In this document: positions 1 through 10,108 of the stretch, piece after piece
Position numbering within the stretch: position 1 is the stretch's first letter
Layout of the letters: every line of letters starts with the position of its first letter
Assembly: GCA_963668175.1 (NCBI GenBank)
Contig: OY764159.1
Location: 4,416,001 to 4,480,000 of the forward strand
Direction: 5' to 3'
DNA from: Syntrophales bacterium
GTDB taxonomy: Bacteria > Desulfobacterota > Syntrophia > Syntrophales > PHBD01
Length of the DNA: 64,000 bases
The notes under the pieces: model-generated
Seen by the model: the letters and a program-made list of their open reading frames with translations, nothing else
The model's database searches: none
Told to the model about the DNA's origin: nothing
Position numbers and translations under genes: made by a program

Positions 1-872
1 AGGGTGCCTATCTCGCCCACGCGGTTGGCCACGGCGGAGTACATGGTGATCATGGCGCCGATGATCGAACCCAGGGAAAAGATGAGTGTCAGGGAAATCC
101 CCAAAATACGCAGGAATTTTGCCATCATCTCCGATTGATCCAGGTAGTATCGGGTTTCGCGCTTGGCTTCCAGGGTGAGGCGCGGGTTTCCCTCGATCTC
201 CTTTTTCACGCCATCGAACTGTGAAGGATCCCGGAGCTTAAAGATGACGGAAGAAAAAGCGAGACGGCGAAAGGCCGGCATGATCTGATTGACGTCCCCC
301 CATATTTCGGAACTGAAACCGGTATTGCCGGCGTCGAAAATCCCCACGACGGTCCACCGGTTCATCCCCCACTTCAGGACTCCCTGGAGGTCTACGCCCT
401 TAAAGCCCTTGGCGATACTGGTTCCGACGATGACTTCCGACGATCCCATCCTCGGCAGCCGGCCTTTAATCAATTTGATTTGAGGCCGCAACGCCAGCGA
501 TGCGTCCTGAATGCCCCGGACAGTGACGTTGGAAGGTTTATCGTTGTCGCGCTTGGGCAACGCAATCAACACCACAACCTCTTTGGACAAAAGCCGTTGC
601 CCATCCATGCCGACGGCGACCTGCGGCAGCATTTCAACAACGGCGGCCTGCTCCTTGTCCACGCCGCTCATGACTTCCGAGGTGGACCCTTTCCGAATGA
701 CTACGACGTTGTCATATGAACCGGTATCCACGAGCGTCTTCTGGAGCCCTTCAGCCATCATCAGGATAGCGGCGAAGACGAACACGACCAGGGACATGCC
801 GGCGACGGTAAGGGACGTGGTCAGCCTGCGCTTCCAGAGGTTTCGGATATTATACGTAAGCGGAATGGCCAT
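1..872 (-). CDS. ABC transporter permease (MacB/FtsX family), 3' part runs off the window
   Basis: Minus-strand reading from ATG at 872 gives MAIPLTYNIRNLWKRRLTTSL..., a typical MacB-type permease N-terminus. Its start overlaps the stop of the upstream permease (TAATG). Confidence 0.85.
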   Translation of the reverse strand, partial: MAIPLTYNIRNLWKRRLTTSLTVAGMSLVVFVFAAILMMAEGLQKTLVDTGSYDNVVVIRKGSTSEVMSGVDKEQAAVVEMLPQVAVGMDGQRLLSKEVVVLIALPKRDNDKPSNVTVRGIQDASLALRPQIKLIKGRLPRMGSSEVIVGTSIAKGFKGVDLQGVLKWGMNRWTVVGIFDAGNTGFSSEIWGDVNQIMPAFRRLAFSSVIFKLRDPSQFDGVKKEIEGNPRLTLEAKRETRYYLDQSEMMAKFLRILGISLTLIFSLGSIIGAMITMYSAVANRVGEIGT

Positions 873-2029
873 TATCCTATTCTCCGCAAGCCGTCCGCGA
901 TGCCGATCCTGATGGCCCTCTGTGTCGGCACGACGGCGGCGACGAGCGCAACGACGATGGCCGCCGCAAGATCGAACAGCAGCGTCTCGCCAGAAACGTT
1001 GAAGACGGGGAAATAGGTGACCAGGGTATGCCCGAAGGCTTTGGCCGCCGGGAATGTCAGGACCATTCCGCAGAAGCATCCAATCAGAGTGATGACCATG
1101 GATTCCCCGAAGATGAGAATGACGATATCCCTGGCGCCGAAGCCCAGGGTTTTCATGATGGCGTAATCGCCGATTCTTTCCCGGGTGGTCATCGCCATGG
1201 TATTGGCGACGACGGCCATAATGATAAAGATGACCACAAAGGACACGAATTGGATCGTGATAATAATCGCATCCGTCATGGCGATGAACCCCAGGTTGAA
1301 AGCTTTCTCCGTTTCCGTCAGGGTTTCGGCAAATGAATTCTTGAATAATTCGTCCACGGCCAAAGCGACCTCTGCCGACAGGTCCGGCCTGGTCACACCG
1401 ATCATATAGAATCCCACCTGATCCGCCTGTTGAGGGAACACCTTCTTGATCGTTTCATTCAAATAGTCCCACTGGAAAAGGAACTGGGTTTCGTCGATCG
1501 TTTCATCCCTCCCCTTGTAGATTCCCCGAACGACGAAATCCCAATTCCCCGGATAGATCGTCCCCTTGAGGGTTATCGTGCTTCCTATTTTCCAGCCGAA
1601 TTTGGCCGCGAGCTTGGCTCCTACAATGCAGCCTTTGCGGTCGGAGAGAAAGGCCTTCTTCTCTTCCGGGCTGACGATGAACTCGGGATAAAGGGCGAAG
1701 TACGTCTTCGGTTCGACGCAGAAGTTGGGAAAGAAGTTCTTCTCGTCGATATAGATGCCGCCGAACCAGTTCCCGTACGAAACGATTTTGACCCCCTCGA
1801 CGGTACGGATCTTGTCCTGATAGGACAAAGGCAGGGGGAAAATAATGGAGATGGCATTCCGCGTGACAAGCCTTGATGCCGATGCGGCCTCCGCGCCGGC
1901 ATACCAAGCACTGATCACCGTACGAAGAAGCCCGAAGGCCAGAATGGCCACCGCGATTCCGGAAATGGTCAGGGCTGTCCTCAGTTTATTGCGGAAGGCG
2001 TTCCTAAAGAGGATTTTCAGGATGATCAT
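872..2029 (-). CDS. ABC transporter permease (MacB/FtsX family)
   Basis: N-terminal RNKLRTALT plus TM helix, a periplasmic domain, and a C-terminal FtsX motif RERIGDYAIMKTLGF with 3 TMs. Confidence 0.9.
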   Translation of the reverse strand: MIILKILFRNAFRNKLRTALTISGIAVAILAFGLLRTVISAWYAGAEAASASRLVTRNAISIIFPLPLSYQDKIRTVEGVKIVSYGNWFGGIYIDEKNFFPNFCVEPKTYFALYPEFIVSPEEKKAFLSDRKGCIVGAKLAAKFGWKIGSTITLKGTIYPGNWDFVVRGIYKGRDETIDETQFLFQWDYLNETIKKVFPQQADQVGFYMIGVTRPDLSAEVALAVDELFKNSFAETLTETEKAFNLGFIAMTDAIIITIQFVSFVVIFIIMAVVANTMAMTTRERIGDYAIMKTLGFGARDIVILIFGESMVITLIGCFCGMVLTFPAAKAFGHTLVTYFPVFNVSGETLLFDLAAAIVVALVAAVVPTQRAIRIGIADGLRRIG

Positions 2030-2711
2030 GGTTCAGATATCCCTTGTCCAGATGTTTGAGCAGCTTGGCCCTCTTGGCGGCTCGGGGGTCATGGGTCACC
2101 ATGATGATGGTCTTGCCGATCTCCCGGTTCAGGCGCTCCATCATGTCCAGGATCTCTTCCGCGGAATGGAGGTCGAGGTCCCCGGTGGGCTCGTCCGCAA
2201 CAAGGATGGTGGGATCGGTGACAATGGCCCGGGCGATGGCGACGCGCTGCTGCTCACCGCCGGACAGCTCCCTGGGATAATGATCCATTCTGTGGGTGAG
2301 ATTGACCATTTGGATGGCCATCTCGGCATGCTCGCGCCGTTCGGCCCGGGAAAGGTTCGTCAGGTGGAGAGGAAATTCCACGTTCTCAATGGCGGTGAGG
2401 ACGGGAATCAGATTGTAGAACTGGAAGATGAATCCGACATGATTGGCGCGCCAGTGCGCAAGTTCCGTCTCCGACAGGGCCGTGATATCGATGCCGCCGA
2501 TCCGTATGGTCCCGCTGTCCGCTTTGTCGATGCCCGCGATGAGATTGAGGAGCGTGGTTTTCCCCGAGCCGGACGGCCCCATGAGGGCCATGAATTCCCC
2601 TTCCAAGATATCGAAGGTTATATCGTACAAGACGGGAACAACCAGTTTTTCCCGGTGATAGGACTTGTATAATTGCCTGATCTCGACGATGGCTTCTGAT
2701 TGTCCGCTCAT
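2004..2711 (-). CDS. ABC transporter ATP-binding protein (LolD/MacB type)
   Basis: Walker A GPSGSGKT, signature LSGGEQQRVAIARA, Walker B ILVADEPTG, H-loop VTHD. Start is 2711 or 2723. Confidence 0.95.
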   Translation of the reverse strand: MSGQSEAIVEIRQLYKSYHREKLVVPVLYDITFDILEGEFMALMGPSGSGKTTLLNLIAGIDKADSGTIRIGGIDITALSETELAHWRANHVGFIFQFYNLIPVLTAIENVEFPLHLTNLSRAERREHAEMAIQMVNLTHRMDHYPRELSGGEQQRVAIARAIVTDPTILVADEPTGDLDLHSAEEILDMMERLNREIGKTIIMVTHDPRAAKRAKLLKHLDKGYLNHDHPENPL

Positions 2712-2742
2712 AAGGCTATCCATCGGAGAAGAGTAGAGGCCT

Positions 2743-3963
2743 TCATTTTTCGGCTATTTTGATTCTTGCGCCGTCCTGCAAACCCTTGGGAGCTTTCATG
2801 ACGACACGGTCGCCGGGTTTCAGTCCGGAGAGAATTTCCGTCATATCGCCGAGCTTCATCCCCGTGGACACGGGAACTTCCCGGACTCGGGTGCCTTCAA
2901 CCAAAAAGGCGGTGACCCTGTTTCCTTTTACGGACAAACTGCCGTCACCGGCGGCCAGACGCGGTTTCTGTTCTTCGGCTTTCAGTTTCCGGGAGAGGAA
3001 TGATACCTTGGCGCTCATTTCCGGCAGCATGCGCGGGTCCCTGTCGATGAAACGGACCTTGACGAGGACGGTGGCCTTGGTGCGGTCAACCGTCGGGACC
3101 AGGGTATGGACTTCACCTCGAAACCGGACATCGGGGATGGCATCGAGTTGAATTTCACAGGGTTGGTTCATGGAAACCTGATTGATATTCGTCTCGGATA
3201 CATCCACTTCCACCTGGAGGGAATCCATATCGGCCATGGTGACGACGGCGGCCTTGGCATTGGCGGCCGCCCCGATCGGTGTCACAATGTCGCCCACATC
3301 GGCATTTTTCGTGAGGATAACGCCGTCGAACGGCGCCCGGATCAGGGTGTACTCGACTGCAATATCGGCACTCTTCAACGCCGCATTCGCCGCCTTCATG
3401 GAGGCCTCCGCGCCGCTGACCGCAGCCTCGGCCCTCAGGTAGCGCGCCTCCGCGGTTTCGAATTGGGAGCGGGCGACATAACCGCCTGCAGACAGTCTCT
3501 TGTAACGGTCGTACTCCCGCCGGGCATCATCCCTCTCCACCTTCGCCTGCTCCAGCGCGGCCAAGGACGTATTCAGACTGGCCGAGGCCTGTTGCCGGGA
3601 CGCCCTGACATCGTCGCCTTCCAGTTGGGCGACAATCTGCCCCTTTTTGACCAGCCGACCCTCTTCAACCAACATGGACACCAAACGTCCCGTGATTTTC
3701 GAAGAAACCGCCGCTTTCCTTTGGGCGACAATATAGCCGCTGGCATTCAACTTGGAAATACTCTGGGAAGGATACACCAGGGAAATGGTCGCGACGTCGA
3801 CCGTTGCGGCCGGGGCGATGATTCCCTCGACATAGAGAATCCCGAGGGTAAAAACAATGAAAACGCCTGCCAGGATAAAGATTATTTTTCTTTTTCGCTG
3901 ACCGGGACGGGCAACCTTGTCCGTTTTATCGATCTTCAACTTCGACAGGTCATCTGCAGGCAT
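2743..3963 (-). CDS. Efflux periplasmic adaptor / membrane fusion protein (MacA/HlyD family)
   Basis: N-terminal TM, lipoyl motifs (VEEGRLVKKGQ, IRAPFDG), coiled-coil hairpin, C-terminal SGLKPGDRVV. Confidence 0.9.
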   Translation of the reverse strand: MPADDLSKLKIDKTDKVARPGQRKRKIIFILAGVFIVFTLGILYVEGIIAPAATVDVATISLVYPSQSISKLNASGYIVAQRKAAVSSKITGRLVSMLVEEGRLVKKGQIVAQLEGDDVRASRQQASASLNTSLAALEQAKVERDDARREYDRYKRLSAGGYVARSQFETAEARYLRAEAAVSGAEASMKAANAALKSADIAVEYTLIRAPFDGVILTKNADVGDIVTPIGAAANAKAAVVTMADMDSLQVEVDVSETNINQVSMNQPCEIQLDAIPDVRFRGEVHTLVPTVDRTKATVLVKVRFIDRDPRMLPEMSAKVSFLSRKLKAEEQKPRLAAGDGSLSVKGNRVTAFLVEGTRVREVPVSTGMKLGDMTEILSGLKPGDRVVMKAPKGLQDGARIKIAEK

Positions 3964-4066
3964 TTCGGGTTCTCGTTTCGGGGAAATGTCGGAGCACTTG
4001 CGGAATATCGAGCGAAAACCGGCGGTCGGAACCCGCCACCGTCTTGCCTATATAACCCTTTTTGTA

Positions 4067-4741
4067 TCAGCTTTCAATAATTTTGCTCATTTGGCGGACA
4101 TATGTCCTTACCCTTTGGACGTATTGCCGATGGTTCTCCGTGAGTCCCCCTTTCACGGATTCCGGCCCGGCAAAGTAAGCGGAGAGGACATAATCCCAGA
4201 GAACGTCCTCGTCATACCCGGCCTTCCTGTAGCGCTCCCGCAGATCGCTCAAGATAGCCGCCGAAACAAGGATATTCAGGGATGGATCAAAGGCCTTCTC
4301 CCGCGATACCTTAAGGTTCAGTTTCTTAACATAAGCGTCCCAGGTGATGGGATGAATCTGCATGATACCCATGGCCTTCACCGGCGAGACGGCATCGATC
4401 GCGAAATTACTCTCTTTCTGCATCAATGCCAGAAAGAGGGTGATGGGAATGTTTGTTTTCTTAGACTGATTGATCACGGCCTGAGCAATCTCCATGGCGC
4501 TGTCCAGCTCCAGGTTCCTGTTGCGGAGTATTTTATAGATTTCCTCTTTAGCCTTGTATTCGGCATACCGTTCCTGTAACTCGGGATTGATCACTTCATT
4601 CAACTTACTCCTGACGTCGGCCAGGGTCTGATGAAACATGATGCCGACGATAAAAAGCGATGTGGCAAGAATACACAACGACGATACAATCCATTGTTTT
4701 CTTTTCGATATGTATTGTTCCCATAGTATTATTTGCGGCAT
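4067..4741 (-). CDS. Lytic transglycosylase (SLT domain) with N-terminal membrane anchor
   Basis: Catalytic ES motif (QKESNF), AMGIMQI, and AYFAG (variant of AYNAG). RBS GGAGG upstream. Confidence 0.85.
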   Translation of the reverse strand: MPQIILWEQYISKRKQWIVSSLCILATSLFIVGIMFHQTLADVRSKLNEVINPELQERYAEYKAKEEIYKILRNRNLELDSAMEIAQAVINQSKKTNIPITLFLALMQKESNFAIDAVSPVKAMGIMQIHPITWDAYVKKLNLKVSREKAFDPSLNILVSAAILSDLRERYRKAGYDEDVLWDYVLSAYFAGPESVKGGLTENHRQYVQRVRTYVRQMSKIIES

Positions 4742-5191
4742 TTGTGCACCTCCAACTTCTGTAGATTACTGACAATTGTCACGATAGCAACACTCATGTC
4801 GTCAATATCATTACAATTTTTACTATTTTTCCCCTTTTGAACGCCGGCCGGACTTTCAGGGCAAGACTCCACATTGAATAAAATGGGGGATGAATCAAGC
4901 AAGAAAAACGACGTACAAAGGGGAGAATGGCACTCTTGAAACAGAAAAGCCAATTAGTGCTTCACGACTATTTGATTTTTCATAGGGGTGGTAACTGTCC
5001 TCCAAACCATGTCATGGCAAATCCTCTAACACCTCTCCACGTAAAAAACTTAGGGGAGATGTTATCAGCCAGGGTGGCATTTATCATGGCAAAAATAAGC
5101 CTCGCCAAGAGCAATTTAGCCGAGATTCAATTCATTTGAGACTTTTTTTACCACTGTTGATGGGCAATCATCGGATAAAAATATATCCGAT

Positions 5192-5228
5192 AAAAAACCC
5201 GCCGTCAACCATAATGTGACCGGCGGGG
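5192..5228 (-). terminator. Rho-independent terminator downstream of cydAB
   Basis: Minus strand CCCGCCGGTCAC...TGACGGCGGG hairpin followed by TTTTTT. Confidence 0.7.
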
Positions 5229-5325
5229 GAGATTCATCGGCGGGGGAAATTCACATGCGGCCCGATTTCAGCAAGTTATGAAACCGTACTGCATGCATTT
5301 TTTTTGAAAACCCGAATGGACCGTA

Positions 5326-6354
5326 TTAATAGGCTTCCTTGTTGTCCGCAATGTCGGCTACAGTCACCTTGTGCCGGAAAATTCGGTATACCCACAACTG
5401 ATAGGCGATGACAATGGGGACAAAGAGAAGCGCAACAACCGTCATGATCTTCAGCGTATAGGGACTGGAAGACGAATTGAACGCTGTCAGGCTGTATGCC
5501 GGATCGATACTCGAAGGGATGAGATTCGGGTAGAGGCCGATCACCCCCGTGATGACGGTAAAGAATATAGCCAGACCGTTCGAGACGAAACTCCCGAGAT
5601 ATCGACCGCGTGACAGGAAAAATCTCGTTGTTATGACGGCAGCAACGACGATAAGGAGAATAACCAACCAAATTGGATTTTTGATGAAATTATCGTACAG
5701 ATGGGTTGCAAAAGCCGTATAGACGAGAAAAAGGATTAAAACGAGAAGCATGACGGACCAGGATTTGGAGGCGAAACGAACGGCCCGTTCGGCGATGCCG
5801 CCTTCGGTCTTAAAAGCGAGCCACAGAGAACCGTGCAGGAGGAAAAGCAGGACGAAAAGCATACCGGTCAGCAGGGCATACATATTGAGAAGTATGAAAA
5901 GATTGCCGTGGTAGCCGGCGCCGTCCATGGGCAACCCCCTGAAGATATTTCCAAAGGCAACGCCGAATAAAAGAGCGGGTATGAAGCTTCCGAAAAAAAT
6001 CGCCGCATCCCAACCCTTTTTCCAGCCCTGCCCTTCCTCCTTGCCCCGGAACTCAAAGGCAACGCCCCGGAAAATCAAGGCAAAAAGGATGATCAGCAGA
6101 GGGGTGTAGAGATAGCTGAACATCAGGGCGTAGGTCGTCGGAAAGGCGGCGAATGTGGCCCCTCCGGCGGTAACCAGCCATACTTCATTGCCGTCCCAGA
6201 CAGGGCCGATGGCGTTGATGATGATCCGCTTCTCATCGTCGTTTTCGGCCAAATAGTGATGGAGCATCCCCACCCCCAGATCGAATCCGTCGCTCATGAA
6301 ATAGACCGCCCAGAGGATACCCCAGAGAATAAACCACAGGATTTGGTATTCCAT
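5326..6354 (-). CDS. cydB: Cytochrome bd ubiquinol oxidase subunit II
   Basis: DGFDLGVG, GPVWDGNEVWL and RGVAFEFR motifs; downstream of cydA. Confidence 0.97.
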   Translation of the reverse strand: MEYQILWFILWGILWAVYFMSDGFDLGVGMLHHYLAENDDEKRIIINAIGPVWDGNEVWLVTAGGATFAAFPTTYALMFSYLYTPLLIILFALIFRGVAFEFRGKEEGQGWKKGWDAAIFFGSFIPALLFGVAFGNIFRGLPMDGAGYHGNLFILLNMYALLTGMLFVLLFLLHGSLWLAFKTEGGIAERAVRFASKSWSVMLLVLILFLVYTAFATHLYDNFIKNPIWLVILLIVVAAVITTRFFLSRGRYLGSFVSNGLAIFFTVITGVIGLYPNLIPSSIDPAYSLTAFNSSSSPYTLKIMTVVALLFVPIVIAYQLWVYRIFRHKVTVADIADNKEAY

Positions 6355-6369
6355 TCGTCTTCTCCTTCG

Positions 6370-7710
6370 CTAATAAGAGGCCGGACGGGAAGGTCCAGCT
6401 TCATCATCCGGACCCTTCCTTGCATATTTGGCCAGCAGGTAGATATCGATGATACCCAGCAATCCGTAAAAAAGGACAAAACCTATGAGAGACGTTGCAA
6501 CCTGGCCTACGCTGACGCTCTTGGAAACCGCATCGGAAGTCTTAAGAACCCCGTAGACGATCCAGGGTTGGCGGCCGACCTCGGCGACGACCCACCCGAG
6601 CTGAGCGGCAATATAAGGTAGCGGTATGGCAAGCATCATGGCCCTAAGAAAGAGGGGATACGATTCCAGCCGGTCTTTTCTCGACAGCCAAAACGCGGTC
6701 AATGACAGCAGGATGAAAAGGCTGCCAAGACCCACCATGGTTCTGAAACTGATAAATGTTTCCATGACCGGCGGTCTTTCCTCTTTCGGGAAATCCTTCA
6801 GCCCCTTAACCTCGGCCTTCCAGTCGCGATAGGCTAAAAAGCTTACCAAGCCGGGAATTCCTATCGCTTCGACGGCGTTGCGTTCGCCCTTGACGTCGGG
6901 GATAAGTAACAGGTTCAGGTCGACCCCTTTCTGGGTTTCCCAAAGGGATTCCATGGCGGCAAGTTTGGCCGGCTGCACCTTGGCCACCTCTCCTCCGTGA
7001 AAATCGCCGACGATAAAAACCAGCAGGGAACTCGCCAGGCCGAAAACGGCGGCCATGCGAAAAGAGGCCTTAAAGAGTGGGACATACTGCTTTTTCAGAA
7101 GATGGTAGGCTGAAATGCCCATGACAAAGAAGGACCCTACGACGGCACCGGCGAGAATCGTATGAAAGAACTTAAGCCAACTGTAGCTGCTCAAAAAGAA
7201 TGCCGCAAAATCGACCAGTTCCGCCCGTCCATTGCGGAGCACGTAACCGACGGGATGCTGCATCCAACCATTGGCCATCAGTATCCAGAGGGCCGACAGG
7301 TTGACGGCGATGGCGACGATCCAGATGGATGCGGCATGGACCTTCTTCGATACGCGGTTCCAGCCGAAAACCCACAGACCAATGAACGTCGATTCAAGGA
7401 AAAAAGCGAGCAAGGCCTCTATAGCAAGGGGCACGCCGAAGATGTCGCCGACATATTGCGAATAGGCAGCCCAGTTCATCCCGAACTGAAATTCCATAGT
7501 GATTCCCGTTACAACACCCAGCGCGAAGTTGATGAGAAAAAGCTTACCCCAGAATTTGGTCATCCTGAGGTACTTCTCGTCGCCCGTGGTGACATAGCGC
7601 GTCTCCATGGCGGCCACCAGGGGGGCGAGTCCCAGGGTCAATGGCACGAAAATAAAATGGAACATTGCCGTCATGGCAAACTGCAGACGACTCAAGGCCA
7701 AAACATCCAT
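6370..7710 (-). CDS. cydA: Cytochrome bd ubiquinol oxidase subunit I
   Basis: LSRLQFA..FHFIF, EFQFGMNW, ANGWMQHP, QPAKLAAME and GWVVAEVGRQPW. RBS GGAGG places the start at 7710. Confidence 0.97.
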   Translation of the reverse strand: MDVLALSRLQFAMTAMFHFIFVPLTLGLAPLVAAMETRYVTTGDEKYLRMTKFWGKLFLINFALGVVTGITMEFQFGMNWAAYSQYVGDIFGVPLAIEALLAFFLESTFIGLWVFGWNRVSKKVHAASIWIVAIAVNLSALWILMANGWMQHPVGYVLRNGRAELVDFAAFFLSSYSWLKFFHTILAGAVVGSFFVMGISAYHLLKKQYVPLFKASFRMAAVFGLASSLLVFIVGDFHGGEVAKVQPAKLAAMESLWETQKGVDLNLLLIPDVKGERNAVEAIGIPGLVSFLAYRDWKAEVKGLKDFPKEERPPVMETFISFRTMVGLGSLFILLSLTAFWLSRKDRLESYPLFLRAMMLAIPLPYIAAQLGWVVAEVGRQPWIVYGVLKTSDAVSKSVSVGQVATSLIGFVLFYGLLGIIDIYLLAKYARKGPDDEAGPSRPASY

Positions 7711-7862
7711 AGTCACCTCCTTGCATAGAATCACATCCCATGCGGTATTATTTTAAAACAGTTCTCCGAATATTACAAATCATTATACCTTTTTTTAACG
7801 CCATTATGATATAGACTTTCGTCATGAACCGAATTTTCATTTCGAGCTCAAGGATCGACATT

Positions 7863-8303
7863 ATGAGAAAAATGACCCCGCCGTTTAGAATCGTATTCCT
7901 GTTTGTTTTTATGACGGTTTTTCTTCTGCCGGCCTGTATGAAGGAAGGCGTGGTCATCACCAAGCCCGACGAGTACTCAAGGGCCTTTGAGGGCAACGAA
8001 AAGGTCGTCCTCAAGGCACTCGTTCAAGTATTTAAGGATAAAGGGTTTGGGGCTTCCTCAGTCAACCGCGAAAAGAAAGAGATCGAATCCACCTATCTCA
8101 TCCAGAACGGATGGAGATCCAAGACCATAGCCCGGGTGAAGCAGCTCAATTGGAAAGAAACGGACGTCACGCTGTCGGTTATCACCGAAAAGCAGGCGGG
8201 GGCCGGCTGGGAAATGAGGAGGCTCCTGCAAAAAGAGCAGTACGACAGCATTTTCGACGCCATAGAACTGCAAATCTACCAGGAAATGTACAAGACGGAA
8301 TAA
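7863..8303 (+). CDS. Hypothetical lipoprotein
   Basis: Hydrophobic signal peptide ending in the lipobox LPAC; divergent from cydA. Confidence 0.7.
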   Translation: MRKMTPPFRIVFLFVFMTVFLLPACMKEGVVITKPDEYSRAFEGNEKVVLKALVQVFKDKGFGASSVNREKKEIESTYLIQNGWRSKTIARVKQLNWKETDVTLSVITEKQAGAGWEMRRLLQKEQYDSIFDAIELQIYQEMYKTE

Positions 8304-8339
8304 CCGGGATGTTGATAAGCGATCTCATTATGGACACCT

Positions 8340-9620
8340 TCAGTTGAGCAAGACTTTGGGCAGAAAAGTGCTCAACGGCGGCACGAAGGTAACGATCAAC
8401 AGAACAGCGACGGCAATCAGAAAGGGTATCCAGATGCCGCGGCTCAGCCTTTCCAGGGACAATCCCGAAGTACCACAAATCGAGAAGAGAACCCCCCCGA
8501 CCGGCGGTGTTATCAACCCCAGCACCAGGTTGAAGCAGACGACGATGCCGAAATGAACCGGATCGATACCCATCTTTTCCGCCAGCGGCGCCAGGACCGG
8601 TGTAACGATGGTGAGGGCGGGTGCGGTCTCCATCGGGATTCCGATGATAAGCAGGATAACGTTCACAAGGATCAGAAAGACATAGGGAGACGTTGACCAC
8701 TCGATAAGAACGGTCATGATCTTGGCGGGGACCTGCTCCACGGCCACGACCCAGGTGAAAGGCTCGGACAGGCCCAAAAGAAGCATGACGACCGCCGATT
8801 CAAGACCGGATGTAAGAAAAATGGAGTAGAGCCGCGATAGTTTAAGGCGCCCGTAAACGAACCCCACGAGCAAAGCATACGCTACGGCAATCCCGGCAGC
8901 TTCCGTGGGAGTAAAGACCCCGCCCCAGATACCGCCGATGATAATAACGGGCATGAACAGAGACGGTGATGCCCTTAAAGTCCCTGCCAGCAATTCACGC
9001 CCCGTCGCCCTCGGCTCGCTGGGATATCCCCTTCGGCGGGCGATTACCAACATGTAGATCATCAGACCGGCGCCGAGCATAAGACCGGGTATGATTCCCG
9101 CCATGAAAAGGGCGCCGATCGAAACCTGGGCGATAACGCCATAGATGATGAACGGTATGCTCGGGGGAATGATCGGCCCCATACAGGCTGAAGTAGCCGT
9201 CAGGGCCGCCGATACTTCATCGTCGTAGCCGGCCTTTCTCATTGCCGGCAGCATGACCGTTCCGATGGCCGCCGCGGTAGCTACGGCCGATCCGGAAACC
9301 GCGGCAAAGACGGCACTGGCCAGGATTGTGGCCAGTCCCAGGCCGCCACTGATATGCCCCATGAGCAGGCGGGTAAAACGGACCAGATCATCCGTTATCC
9401 CGCCCTCGTTCATGAGATTGCCGGCGAGCATAAACAGCGGTATTGCCAGCAGGGGAAAGGAACCGATGCCGGCAAAAGTCGTCTGAACGAGTAATGTCGG
9501 CGAAAGGTCCCCATGAAAGAGGAGATAGACCAGGGCTGATCCGCCCATGGCTACGGCGATCGGGATACCGACGGCCATCAGGATAATGAAAGCAATCAGG
9601 AAGACAATCTGCAATATCAA
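8340..9620 (-). CDS. dctM: TRAP transporter large permease
   Basis: FPLLAIPLFMLAG, SGSAVA, IIPPSIP, FTPTEA and GLITPPVG motifs. TTG start overlaps the dctQ stop. Confidence 0.93.
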   Translation of the reverse strand: MILQIVFLIAFIILMAVGIPIAVAMGGSALVYLLFHGDLSPTLLVQTTFAGIGSFPLLAIPLFMLAGNLMNEGGITDDLVRFTRLLMGHISGGLGLATILASAVFAAVSGSAVATAAAIGTVMLPAMRKAGYDDEVSAALTATSACMGPIIPPSIPFIIYGVIAQVSIGALFMAGIIPGLMLGAGLMIYMLVIARRRGYPSEPRATGRELLAGTLRASPSLFMPVIIIGGIWGGVFTPTEAAGIAVAYALLVGFVYGRLKLSRLYSIFLTSGLESAVVMLLLGLSEPFTWVVAVEQVPAKIMTVLIEWSTSPYVFLILVNVILLIIGIPMETAPALTIVTPVLAPLAEKMGIDPVHFGIVVCFNLVLGLITPPVGGVLFSICGTSGLSLERLSRGIWIPFLIAVAVLLIVTFVPPLSTFLPKVLLN

Positions 9621-10108
9621 GCCTTTCTTCGCGCAGCCTGCAGGAAGTTCCCGCACCGTTCCAGGGTGATCGAAAGCATGATCAGGAACCCGACGGGAAT
9701 AGCCAGATAGGGAAAGGCCATGGGTATTCCCATGGCCGGGGAGAATTGATTCAGATTGGCTATGGTCTGCAGCAGACCAAAATAGATCATGACTCCGCAG
9801 AAAGTCATCATCATGAGATACATCAATCCGGTGACGAAGGAGGACAAGCCCGGCGGGAGCTTCTCCGTCATAACGGACAGACTGACTTGATAGCCTTTTT
9901 GCAGACCGACGGCGCTTCCGGCCATCGTCGCCCATACGAGGGCATAAATGGCCGCTTCGGAAGACCAGCTGGGCATCGCGCCGAGGACGTAACGGCCTAC
10001 GACCTCATAGGGAATAATAACCGCCATGACGGCCATGGCAGCCACGGTCAATCCGGAAGCGATTTTCAGCAGCACCTTATTCAGCGCAGCCAGAGACGAC
10101 ATGATCAT
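9617..10108 (-). CDS. dctQ: TRAP transporter small permease
   Basis: Four TMs, VGRYV...WSSEA motif, located between dctP and dctM. Confidence 0.9.
   Translation of the reverse strand: MIMSSLAALNKVLLKIASGLTVAAMAVMAVIIPYEVVGRYVLGAMPSWSSEAAIYALVWATMAGSAVGLQKGYQVSLSVMTEKLPPGLSSFVTGLMYLMMMTFCGVMIYFGLLQTIANLNQFSPAMGIPMAFPYLAIPVGFLIMLSITLERCGNFLQAARRKA

Noticed and set aside
8340..9935. 531-aa ORF suggesting an extended or fused DctM
   Set aside because: The first ~105 codons overlap dctQ in another frame and are not protein-like. The real start is TTG at about 9620.
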